Assembly: GCA_051004775.1 (NCBI GenBank)
Contig: JBPCJZ010000176.1
Coordinates: 1 to 53,041, forward strand
DNA from: Gemmatimonadota bacterium
GTDB taxonomy: Bacteria > Gemmatimonadota > Gemmatimonadetes > Palauibacterales > Palauibacteraceae
DNA: 53,041 nucleotides
Reading direction: 5' to 3'
Part shown: positions 1-7,632 of the stretch, piece by piece
Numbering within the stretch: the stretch's first letter is position 1
How the letters are laid out: each line of letters begins with the position of its first letter
The notes under the pieces: generated by a model
Databases searched by the model: none
What the model saw: only the letters and a program-made list of their open reading frames with translations
Told to the model about the DNA's origin: nothing
Made by a program: the position numbers and the translations under genes

Positions 1-199
1 CCATGAAGTCGATGTCGGCCTGCGTGTACGTTCGGCGGACGCTGTCGGCGAGCGCGGCCTGGTCGGTGGTCGCGTCGGACAGTACCGGCGAGTCCTGCGC
101 TGGCGAGTCCTGCGCCGGCGGCGCTCCGTTGGTTCCCCCGCCGCAGGCGGCGGCAGTCAGAACGAGGCATCCGCGGATGATGGTCAGGTGCGGTTTCAT
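1..199 (-). CDS. DUF305-family lipoprotein, N-terminal part (runs off window start)
   Basis: Not in the ORF track; read by hand from ATG at 199: MKPHLTIIRGCLVLTAAAC-GGG...ADSVRRTYTQADIDFM. Lipobox AAAC; YTxADIxFM is the typical start of DUF305. Confidence 0.7.
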   Translation of the reverse strand, partial: MKPHLTIIRGCLVLTAAACGGGTNGAPPAQDSPAQDSPVLSDATTDQAALADSVRRTYTQADIDFM

Positions 200-205
200 T
201 CGGTC

Positions 206-235
206 ATTCTACACCGAAACCGCGGGTTGGTCCAA
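206..235 (-). promoter_or_regulatory. sigma70-like promoter, leaderless geometry
   Basis: TTGGAC-N18-TAGAAT, then 6 nt to ATG at 199; no Shine-Dalgarno. Confidence 0.55.
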
Positions 236-239
236 GTCC

Positions 240-875
240 TCAGTTCTCCAGGAGCCCTTCCGGCACACCGTCGAAGAACTCCACCACCCCGGTCTCCAGC
301 GAGTATTCCGCTCCGACCACGAGGAGCTGGTCCTCGCGAATCAGCGCCTCGAGGATCTCGGAACCGTGGCGCAGGTGGTCGGCGGAGGCCCGGATATTCG
401 CTCGAACGGCCTGGCGCGTGAGTTCCTCGGGGTCGTCCCGCAGGTCCGTGGCCATGAGCGGCGCGACCGAGGGCCAGATCCGGTCGACGATCGAGCGGAG
501 GTTGGCGGATCGACTCTCGGTGGGACGACGGCTCTCTTCGATCGTCGCGAGGATCGCCCCGCACATCGAGTGGCCCATCACTACGACGAGCCGCGTCCCG
601 AACTTCTCGGCGGCGAACTCGATGCTTCCGACCTGGGACGGCGCCACGATGTTGCCCGCCACCCGGATGACGAAGAGGTCCCCGAGGCCGCGGTCGAAGA
701 CGATCTCCGCGGGCACGCGCGCATCGGAACAGCCGAGAATGATCGCGAAGGGATCCTGTCCGTCGACGAGCTCGTCGCGCCGCGCCGCCGTGGCGTCCAG
801 CCGGGTCCCGACGTTGTCGACGAACCGGCGGTTGCCGGCCCGGAGGAGCTGGAGCGCTTCGGTCGCGGTGGCCAT
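240..875 (-). CDS. beta-class carbonic anhydrase
   Basis: Zinc-ligand motifs GCSDARV and GHSMCGA, plus GDLFVIRVAGN. Confidence 0.95.
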   Translation of the reverse strand: MATATEALQLLRAGNRRFVDNVGTRLDATAARRDELVDGQDPFAIILGCSDARVPAEIVFDRGLGDLFVIRVAGNIVAPSQVGSIEFAAEKFGTRLVVVMGHSMCGAILATIEESRRPTESRSANLRSIVDRIWPSVAPLMATDLRDDPEELTRQAVRANIRASADHLRHGSEILEALIREDQLLVVGAEYSLETGVVEFFDGVPEGLLEN

Positions 876-881
876 GGGGCC

Positions 882-910
882 AGTGTGGTGGCATGGACCG
901 CGAGCGGCAA
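882..910 (-). promoter_or_regulatory. sigma70-like promoter, leaderless geometry
   Basis: TTGCCG-N17-CACACT, then 6 nt to ATG at 875; no SD. Confidence 0.45.
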
Positions 911-928
911 GGCGAGCGGGATATCGCG

Positions 929-966
929 GAAACGAGAAAGGCCCGGCCCGAAAGCCGGGCCCTTTC
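929..966 (-). terminator. intrinsic terminator of rhlE
   Basis: Minus strand GGCCCGGC-TTTCGG-GCCGGGCC followed by TTTCTCGTTT, ~60 nt after the rhlE stop. Confidence 0.8.
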
Positions 967-1025
967 AGACCGTACGGCGATGCTACCGGGAGAGTCTACT
1001 GGGCGAGGCGCGCCAGGAAAGGCTT

Positions 1026-2417
1026 CTACTGGCTGCGGCCACGTCCCGATCGAGTCCTGGTATTCCGGGTGTTCCGCCCGGAGCGCGGGTTGCCTCCGCG
1101 GGTCGCGCCGTCCTTGGGCGATCCACCGCGTGACTTATCGTTGCCCGGCTTGCCGTTGCTTCGGTTTCCCTGCGGGGCGGACGATCTGCGGCGCGACTCC
1201 GCCGGCTTCCGGCCACGGGAAGACCCGCGGGGCCGGGATGCCGGTCCCTGTCCGCCTGCCCGCGGCTCCGGCCCGGCGTCGAAGCCCTCGACCTGACGAC
1301 GCGGAATCGGCGATCCGATCATCCTCTCCGTCGAGCGAACCCACGCCTGGTCGGCGTGGGTGACGAACGTACACGCGATGCCCTCGAGCTCGGCACGGCC
1401 GGTCCGCCCGATGCGGTGGGTGTACGCCTCTGGCGTGTTCGGAACGTCGTAGTTGATCACGTGCGACACGCCACTCACGTCGATTCCGCGGGAAGCGATG
1501 TCTGTCGCGACCAGGATCTCGAACTGCCGCGTCCGAAAGCCGCGCATGGCCCGATCGCGCTGGTTCTGCGACATGTTGCCTTGCAGGCCGATCGCGCGGT
1601 GGCCCGCACTGCTGAGCTGCTTGGCCAGCCGCTTGGCGCGGTGTTTCGTACGGGTGAACACGATGGCCGACTCGCATTCGTCGCTCGTGAGCATGTGCTC
1701 CAGGAGGTCACGCTTCCGCTCCTCCGCGACGTGGTAGAGGGCATGGTCGATGGTCTCCGCCGGCGCCGAGTCGGCCAGCTCAGCGACGTGTGGCCTCTCC
1801 AGGAGGTCATTCGCCAGGTGGCGGATGTCCTTCGGCATCGTGGCCGAGAACAACAGGTTCTGCCGCCGCGACGGGAGTGCCGAGATGATGCGCCGGATGT
1901 CGGGCAGGAAACCCATGTCGAACATGTGGTCCGCTTCGTCGAGGACGAAGGTTTCGACCTCGTTCAGGCGGAGCACGCCCTGCTGCAGCAGGTCGAGCAC
2001 CCGACCGGGGCAACCGACGACGATGTCCGGCTTACGCTTCAGTTCGTTTATCTGACCGCGGGTGGACACGCCACCGTAGATCGTCATCATCTTGAGCCGC
2101 GTGAACTTCGAAAGCATACGGATCTCGACGCCGATCTGATTGGCGAGTTCCCGGGTGGGCGCGAGCACGAGCACGCGAGGCGCGCCGCCCGAGCCCTGGA
2201 GGAGACGGTCGAGCAGCGGCAGCGCGAACGCGGCCGTCTTGCCCGTGCCCGTCTGAGCCAGCCCGAGGACATCTCTGCCCTCCATGCCGGCTGGAATGGT
2301 CTCGGCCTGGATCGGCCGGGGCTCTTGAAAGCCCGCGGCGGAAATTCCGCGCACAAGGGCTTCGTTCAACCCGAACCGGTCGAAGCCGGTGCGGGCGTTC
2401 TTTGTTGATTTAGACAT
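1026..2417 (-). CDS. rhlE: DEAD-box RNA helicase, RhlE-like
   Basis: Q motif, AQTGTGKT, PTRELA, DEAD, SAT and HRIGRTGR motifs; basic Arg/Gly-rich tail. Confidence 0.93.
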   Translation of the reverse strand: MSKSTKNARTGFDRFGLNEALVRGISAAGFQEPRPIQAETIPAGMEGRDVLGLAQTGTGKTAAFALPLLDRLLQGSGGAPRVLVLAPTRELANQIGVEIRMLSKFTRLKMMTIYGGVSTRGQINELKRKPDIVVGCPGRVLDLLQQGVLRLNEVETFVLDEADHMFDMGFLPDIRRIISALPSRRQNLLFSATMPKDIRHLANDLLERPHVAELADSAPAETIDHALYHVAEERKRDLLEHMLTSDECESAIVFTRTKHRAKRLAKQLSSAGHRAIGLQGNMSQNQRDRAMRGFRTRQFEILVATDIASRGIDVSGVSHVINYDVPNTPEAYTHRIGRTGRAELEGIACTFVTHADQAWVRSTERMIGSPIPRRQVEGFDAGPEPRAGGQGPASRPRGSSRGRKPAESRRRSSAPQGNRSNGKPGNDKSRGGSPKDGATRGGNPRSGRNTRNTRTRSGRGRSQ

Positions 2418-2684
2418 TTATACTTGTCCTTCGCCATACTCCCAGGCAGGGCCTGCACGGCCGGGCCTGTACGGCACGGCCGTACGTTTCCGACCCACAC
2501 AACAGCGAAGGGCAAGAGAGATTCGGCGCGACCTCGGAAGGGATATTCGGAGAGATCCTGTTGTTCGCCGCTGTCGGACTGATGTCCAACCTAAGTTCGT
2601 ATGATAGCGCTACTGCATGAAGTACGCCACCCATGCGGGCGATTGCGCCGGAGAGGCGATTGCCGCGGGCAGGGGCGCCGCAAC

Positions 2685-2720
2685 GAAAATGGGCCGCCCC
2701 GAGAAACTCGGGACGGCCCA
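2685..2720 (-). terminator. intrinsic terminator of csp gene
   Basis: Minus strand TGGGCCGTCCCGAG-TTT-CTCGGGGCGGCCCA-TTTTC, 25 nt after the stop. Confidence 0.85.
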
Positions 2721-2744
2721 CCTTCTCCAGCGGTCTGCTAAGAC

Positions 2745-2951
2745 TTACAGGGCGATGACGTTCTCGGCCGCGGGACCCTTGGCCCCCTGGACTACGTCAA
2801 ACTCGACCTGGGCTCCTTCGGCGAGGCTCTTGAAGCCCTCGGCCTGGATCGCGCTGTGGTGAACGAAGCAGTCCTTGCTACCGTCCTCCGGCGTGATGAA
2901 TCCGAAACCCTTTTCGTCGTTGAACCACTTTACTGTTCCCTTGGTACGCAT
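2745..2951 (-). CDS. cspA: cold-shock protein (CspA family)
   Basis: GTVKWFN, RNP1 KGFGFI, RNP2 [21 protein letters not shown] precedes TTG 2954 / ATG 2951. Confidence 0.97.
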   Translation of the reverse strand: MRTKGTVKWFNDEKGFGFITPEDGSKDCFVHHSAIQAEGFKSLAEGAQVEFDVVQGAKGPAAENVIAL

Positions 2952-3135
2952 CAATGCGCTCCCTTGGTTGTGCGAGTCGGAGCTACGATGATACGTACTT
3001 TCCCGACTGCTTTTTCATGCGCGGAGCCTCCGCGCGGGGTGTGACCAACCCGGTCACAGAAAAAGGCCACGATCTCCACTCGGGGACCGTCGCCCTCTTT
3101 AAGATCTGCGCCTCAGTTTCGAGGCTTGTTACGCT

Positions 3136-3164
3136 AAGTTCGCGACCCGGGACGGTTATGTCAA
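3136..3164 (-). promoter_or_regulatory. sigma70 promoter of csp gene (long 5' UTR of ~180 nt)
   Basis: Perfect TTGACA-N17-GAACTT. Confidence 0.6.
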
Positions 3165-3224
3165 CCGTCTGGGAAAGATCCGATGCCTTGAGACCTGCTT
3201 GAGAGTCGGTCCGATGCTGGGTCC

Positions 3225-3968
3225 ATGCGGACGATACGTGAATGGCCCGACCAGGACAGACCGCGCGAACGCCTCGAAAAGTTCGCCGCGGGAGCGCTTC
3301 CAGCGCGGGAACTCATCGCCCTGCTGCTCGGCTCGGGTTCGGCCGGCCGCTCGGCCCTCGAGCTCGGAACGGAGGTGCTCGCGGCCTTCGGCGGATCGCT
3401 CCGCCGGGTGGGCATGGCCGAGCCGGCGGAACTGCGCGCGATTCCCGGAATCGGACCGGCGGGAGCGGCCCGCATTGCGGCGGCCCTCGAACTCGGTCGT
3501 CGCCTGGCGACGGAACCGTCGCGTCGCGGCGACCGCATCCGTGGACCTGAGGATGTCTTCCGGCGCCTCGGACCCCTGCTGCGCGATCGCAAGCAGGAGG
3601 AGTTCTGGGTGCTCTATCTCGACTCGCAGAATCGAGTGGTATGCGAGCGCCGCGTCACGGTGGGGCTGCTGAACTCTTCGCTCGTCCATCCCCGCGAGGT
3701 ATTCGCGCCCGCCATCTCCCGCGCCGCGGCCAGCGTCATCCTCGCGCATAATCATCCGAGCGGAGACCCCGATCCCTCGCCAGAGGATCTCGACGTCACG
3801 GTACAGATGGTCGAGAGCGGTCGTCTGCTGGGTATTCCGGTGCGGGATCACATCGTGCTGGGTGACACGACCTACGTCAGTCTGCTGGAGCGCGGGCTGA
3901 TGGTGGCTGAGCGGGCGGGCCGGCCCGCCCGGACGCGCGAGGCGCTGTGCCCTCTTTCCCGGTCATGA
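3225..3968 (+). CDS. radC: RadC (JAB/MPN domain, UPF0758)
   Basis: RPRERL N-terminus, HhH GIGPA, VHPREVF, AHNHPSGDPDPSPED, DHIV. Confidence 0.95.
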   Translation: MRTIREWPDQDRPRERLEKFAAGALPARELIALLLGSGSAGRSALELGTEVLAAFGGSLRRVGMAEPAELRAIPGIGPAGAARIAAALELGRRLATEPSRRGDRIRGPEDVFRRLGPLLRDRKQEEFWVLYLDSQNRVVCERRVTVGLLNSSLVHPREVFAPAISRAAASVILAHNHPSGDPDPSPEDLDVTVQMVESGRLLGIPVRDHIVLGDTTYVSLLERGLMVAERAGRPARTREALCPLSRS

Positions 3969-4484
3969 ACGGAGGTCGCGGAGGTACCAGCCGTTGCAGC
4001 CGTCGTGGCCCGTACTGCCGAGCGGGCCGTCGAGGGCAGTGAAACCGTTGCGCTCGTACAGGCGGCGAGCGTCCTGCATGCGGTCGAGTGTTTCGAGATA
4101 GCAGCGTGCGTATCCGGCGGCGCGGGCCGCCGCCAGGCAGGCGGCCATCAGTTGCCGCCCGAGGCCCAGCCCGCGCCCTTCGGGCAGCACGTACATTTTC
4201 TTGAGTTCGCATATGTCGGCTGGCCCGCCGGCCAATGGCCCGACGCCGGCGCCCCCGACCACCTCGTCGCCGCACGTCGCCACGAAGTAGGCGGCGCCCT
4301 GACCCGCGTAGGCGGCCGACATGCCGTCGACCTCGGGATCGACGATCGAATAGCCCTCTCCGATCGCGCCGTACTCCGTCATGACGCTGCGGATCACGAA
4401 CGCGATGCGATCGTCGTCGTCGGAACGGATCGGCCGGATGAGGCAGGGCCGCGCCCCGCCACCGCCGTCGAGCGACTTTTCCAT
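3963..4484 (-). CDS. GNAT N-acetyltransferase (YjgM-like)
   Basis: CELKKMYVLPEGRGLGLG (motif A), CYLET, ARRLYERNGF, TGHDGC. ATG 4484 has GAGGT SD, so it is preferred over the track start at 4571. Confidence 0.85.
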   Translation of the reverse strand: MEKSLDGGGGARPCLIRPIRSDDDDRIAFVIRSVMTEYGAIGEGYSIVDPEVDGMSAAYAGQGAAYFVATCGDEVVGGAGVGPLAGGPADICELKKMYVLPEGRGLGLGRQLMAACLAAARAAGYARCYLETLDRMQDARRLYERNGFTALDGPLGSTGHDGCNGWYLRDLRS

Positions 4485-4540
4485 GCTTTGCGGACCTCGA
4501 AAGTGTAATATTCCGGCACAGACAATCCTGTGAGGAGAAT

Positions 4541-6802
4541 ATGGCCCGGAGTCGTGCACAAGCTGAGACACCCAGCCCGCCGCCGACCGTGGCGGATGGG
4601 GCGAGGTCCATACTTCCGCCGGACTTCCTCGCCGCCGTCGAGGGAAAAGAAGATCGCCTCGATCTCGAACTCCTGGCGCTGGCTTTCCAGTTCAGCGCCG
4701 ACAAGCACGCCGGCCAGAAGCGCGACTCCGGCGAGGACTACATAACCCATTGCGTGGGGGTTGCGTCGATTCTCGGCGAGATCCATCCGGATACCGTGTC
4801 AATCGCCGCGTCGTTTCTGCACGACGTGGTCGAAGACAGCGACGCGGCGGTCGACGAGATCCGGCAGGAATTCGGCGACGAGATCGCGACCCTGGTCGAC
4901 GGACTGACCAAGATTGCCAGGGTCGAGTTCCGGTCGCTCGCGGAGCGCCAGGTCGAGAACTACCGGAAGCTGCTGCTGTCGATGGCGCAGGACGCCCGGG
5001 TGATCATCGTGAAACTGGCCGACCGGCTCCACAACATGCGCACGCTCGAACACCTGGAGCCGGCGCGCCGCCGCCGGATCGCGATCGAGACGCGGGAGAT
5101 CTACGCGCCGCTCGCGCATCGACTCGGCATGGCGCGCGTTCGCTGGGAGCTGGAGGACCTCGCCTTCAAGTTCCTGGAACCGGAAGACTACCGGAAGCTG
5201 TCCGAGACCGTGACGGACAAGCGAAGCGAACGAGAGGACCTGATCACGCGGATGGTGGGGCCGCTCGCGACGGAACTGGAAGCAGCCGGCCTCGAGTGCT
5301 TCGTGCAGGGTCGGGCCAAGCACCTCTGGTCCATCCACAGAAAGATGGAGAAGCGCGGCAAGCCCTACGAAGAGGTCTACGACGTACTCGCGGTCCGCGT
5401 GGTGCTGCCGACGATCCGCGACTGCTATCACGCGCTCGGTGTCATCCACAACAAGTGGACCCCGCTCACCGAACAGTTCCACGACTACATCGCGACGCCG
5501 AAGTCGAACCTGTATCAGTCCCTCCACACGACGATCTTCGGGCCCGGCGGCCGCCTGTACGAGATCCAGTTGCGTACCGACGAAATGCACCGGACCGCCG
5601 AACTGGGGATCGCCGCCCACTGGCGCTACAAGGAAGGCGCGGCCGGCGACGAGGTCGACGAGAAGCTCTCGTGGTTCCGCCAGGTGCTCGAGTGGCAGCA
5701 GGAGACCCACGAGCCGGAAGAGTTCCTCGAGTTTCTGCGGATCGACCTGTTCCAGGACGAGATCTTCGTCTTCACGCCCGCCGGCGACGTGAAGCAGCTC
5801 CCCCGTGCCGCCACCCCGATCGATTTCGCGTTCGCGGTGCACACGGAGGTGGGCTATCGCTGCGCCGGCGCGAAGGTCAATGGACGGATTGCTCCGCTTT
5901 CCCGTGCCCTGAAGAACGGCGACACCGTCGAGATTCTGACGTCTGACAACCAGCGGCCCAACCGCGACTGGCTGGGGTTCGTCAAGACGGGGCGCGCCAG
6001 GCACCGCATACACAGTTGGATCAAAGAGGAGGAACAGGAGTCTGCGGTCCAGCTCGGGAAGGATATCCTTGCCCGGGAATGGAGACGGCGGAAGGCGAAG
6101 CCCGACGACGCGGCACTGACTGGCGCGGCGGAAACACTCGGCGTCCGGGGCGGGATCGATGGGCTGTACGGCACGGTCGGGCGGGGGGACATCGGGCTGA
6201 CGAAAGTCCTGCGCGCGGTGTTCCCCGGCGAGGACGAGCCAGCGGAGCGTCCGAAGCGTCCGCTGTCCCAGCTCGTCAAGCGAGTCTGGACGTCTCCGAA
6301 GGGCGTCAAGATCCAGGGGATGGACAATCTGATGGTGCGTTATTCCCAGTGTTGTCAGCCGGTTCCCGGCGATCAGGTAATGGGATACATCACTGTCGGA
6401 AGAGGGATCTCCATCCACCGCCGTGACTGTCCGAACGTCCTCAGCCTCCCCAACCTTCCCGAGCGGCGTGTGGTGATCGATTGGGGCTCGGACGAGAGCC
6501 AGCGGTTCCTGGTCCGCATCGTCATGGAGGGCACGGACCGGCACGGGCTGTTCGCGGACATCGCCCGGGCCGTGAGCGATACGGGGACCAACATCCAGTC
6601 CGCCGGGATCACCTCCGTAGAGGGAGGGATGACGGGGCAGTTCGTCGTCGAGGTCGAGAACCTCGGGCACCTGAAGAAAGTGATGCGGAAGATCCGCCGC
6701 GTGAAGGGCGTGCTGTCCGTGGAGCGGAAGGAGAGCTTCGGAGACAGCGATCTCACGCTGGCCGGCCAGTCGGCCGTCCTGGAGGACGGGGACGACGACT
6801 AG
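4541..6802 (+). CDS. rel: bifunctional (p)ppGpp synthetase/hydrolase Rel
   Basis: Intact HD motif HDVVED, KLADRLHNMRTL, synthetase YQSLHT/EIQLRT, TGS (DFAFAVHT), CC zinc finger, C-terminal ACT. SD GAGGAG. Confidence 0.96.
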   Translation: MARSRAQAETPSPPPTVADGARSILPPDFLAAVEGKEDRLDLELLALAFQFSADKHAGQKRDSGEDYITHCVGVASILGEIHPDTVSIAASFLHDVVEDSDAAVDEIRQEFGDEIATLVDGLTKIARVEFRSLAERQVENYRKLLLSMAQDARVIIVKLADRLHNMRTLEHLEPARRRRIAIETREIYAPLAHRLGMARVRWELEDLAFKFLEPEDYRKLSETVTDKRSEREDLITRMVGPLATELEAAGLECFVQGRAKHLWSIHRKMEKRGKPYEEVYDVLAVRVVLPTIRDCYHALGVIHNKWTPLTEQFHDYIATPKSNLYQSLHTTIFGPGGRLYEIQLRTDEMHRTAELGIAAHWRYKEGAAGDEVDEKLSWFRQVLEWQQETHEPEEFLEFLRIDLFQDEIFVFTPAGDVKQLPRAATPIDFAFAVHTEVGYRCAGAKVNGRIAPLSRALKNGDTVEILTSDNQRPNRDWLGFVKTGRARHRIHSWIKEEEQESAVQLGKDILAREWRRRKAKPDDAALTGAAETLGVRGGIDGLYGTVGRGDIGLTKVLRAVFPGEDEPAERPKRPLSQLVKRVWTSPKGVKIQGMDNLMVRYSQCCQPVPGDQVMGYITVGRGISIHRRDCPNVLSLPNLPERRVVIDWGSDESQRFLVRIVMEGTDRHGLFADIARAVSDTGTNIQSAGITSVEGGMTGQFVVEVENLGHLKKVMRKIRRVKGVLSVERKESFGDSDLTLAGQSAVLEDGDDD

Positions 6803-6809
6803 AAGCGCG

Positions 6810-7484
6810 CTACTCGGGTTCCGAAAGCGCCCGCAACTCCGCGTCCACCTCCTCGAGCTGTACCGACAGCGCCTCCATGCGGATCAGCGTTGGGCCCACG
6901 TCGGGATCCATCCCCAGCATCGTGGCGTGCAGCGAGTCCTGCAGCGACGTGAACGCCGCGAAGACCTCTGGATCGGACATCGCCTGCTGCTGTAACGGCT
7001 GGATGGCCTGCTCCACGGCGCGGAACTCCCGCACGACCGCGGCGCGGTCGTAGGCCGGAGGTTCCTGGCCTTGCTGCAGGACGAGCGGGCGAGACATTTC
7101 CTCCATCTGGTCCCCCACGACGCGGGCACGTTCCAGCAGTGAATCCGCGCTCGGGTCGATCGCGAGGATGCGCGTCCGCAAGCGTTCGTTGAATTGTTCG
7201 CGCAGCGGTCGGAGATCGGGATGGCCGAGCGCCTCCACCTGCGTGTTCCGGATCTCGTTTTGCGCGACGGCGAACCGCTGCATGATCTGGAGTCTCTGCT
7301 GGTTCAACCGTGCCCTCTCGTCGGGGCCGTCGGAACCCGCGCATGCGGACACCAGGAGGACAGGAAGCAGTCCCAGGAGGATGAGCGTGAGTCGCGGACG
7401 GCGCGACAGATGGGCGGGCGCCGCCGCGCCCAACCGTTCGGGGCGGCCTGCGGCTGACTCGAGGAACGCGGGGGGGTATGACAT
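6810..7484 (-). CDS. hypothetical helical lipoprotein
   Basis: RRPR, hydrophobic stretch, lipobox LVSA-C, then Gln/Glu/Arg-rich amphipathic helices. Fills the gap between rel and uvrB. Start uncertain. Confidence 0.7.
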   Translation of the reverse strand: MSYPPAFLESAAGRPERLGAAAPAHLSRRPRLTLILLGLLPVLLVSACAGSDGPDERARLNQQRLQIMQRFAVAQNEIRNTQVEALGHPDLRPLREQFNERLRTRILAIDPSADSLLERARVVGDQMEEMSRPLVLQQGQEPPAYDRAAVVREFRAVEQAIQPLQQQAMSDPEVFAAFTSLQDSLHATMLGMDPDVGPTLIRMEALSVQLEEVDAELRALSEPE

Positions 7485-7632
7485 CTATCTCGCATTCTCA
7501 CGGTACTCATGACGCGGACCCCGCCTTGTACGGGGTCACTCGTCGTGGCAACGTGAACAGGTTGCGGGGCGCGGGCAAGCCGCGCCCGTTGCTGTCCAGC
7601 CGGGATCTTCGATAAGGCGTATCCGAGTAGAA

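Noticed and set aside
3225-3968. radC as a marker of a mobile element or anti-defence island
   Set aside because: It is the full-length chromosomal type with N-terminal HhH; there is no integrase, att site or compositional shift nearby.
7485-7632. LexA/SOS box upstream of uvrB
   Set aside because: GAACAGGTTG only partly resembles GAAC-N4-GTTC and the spacing is wrong; there is no CTGT-N8-ACAG either.
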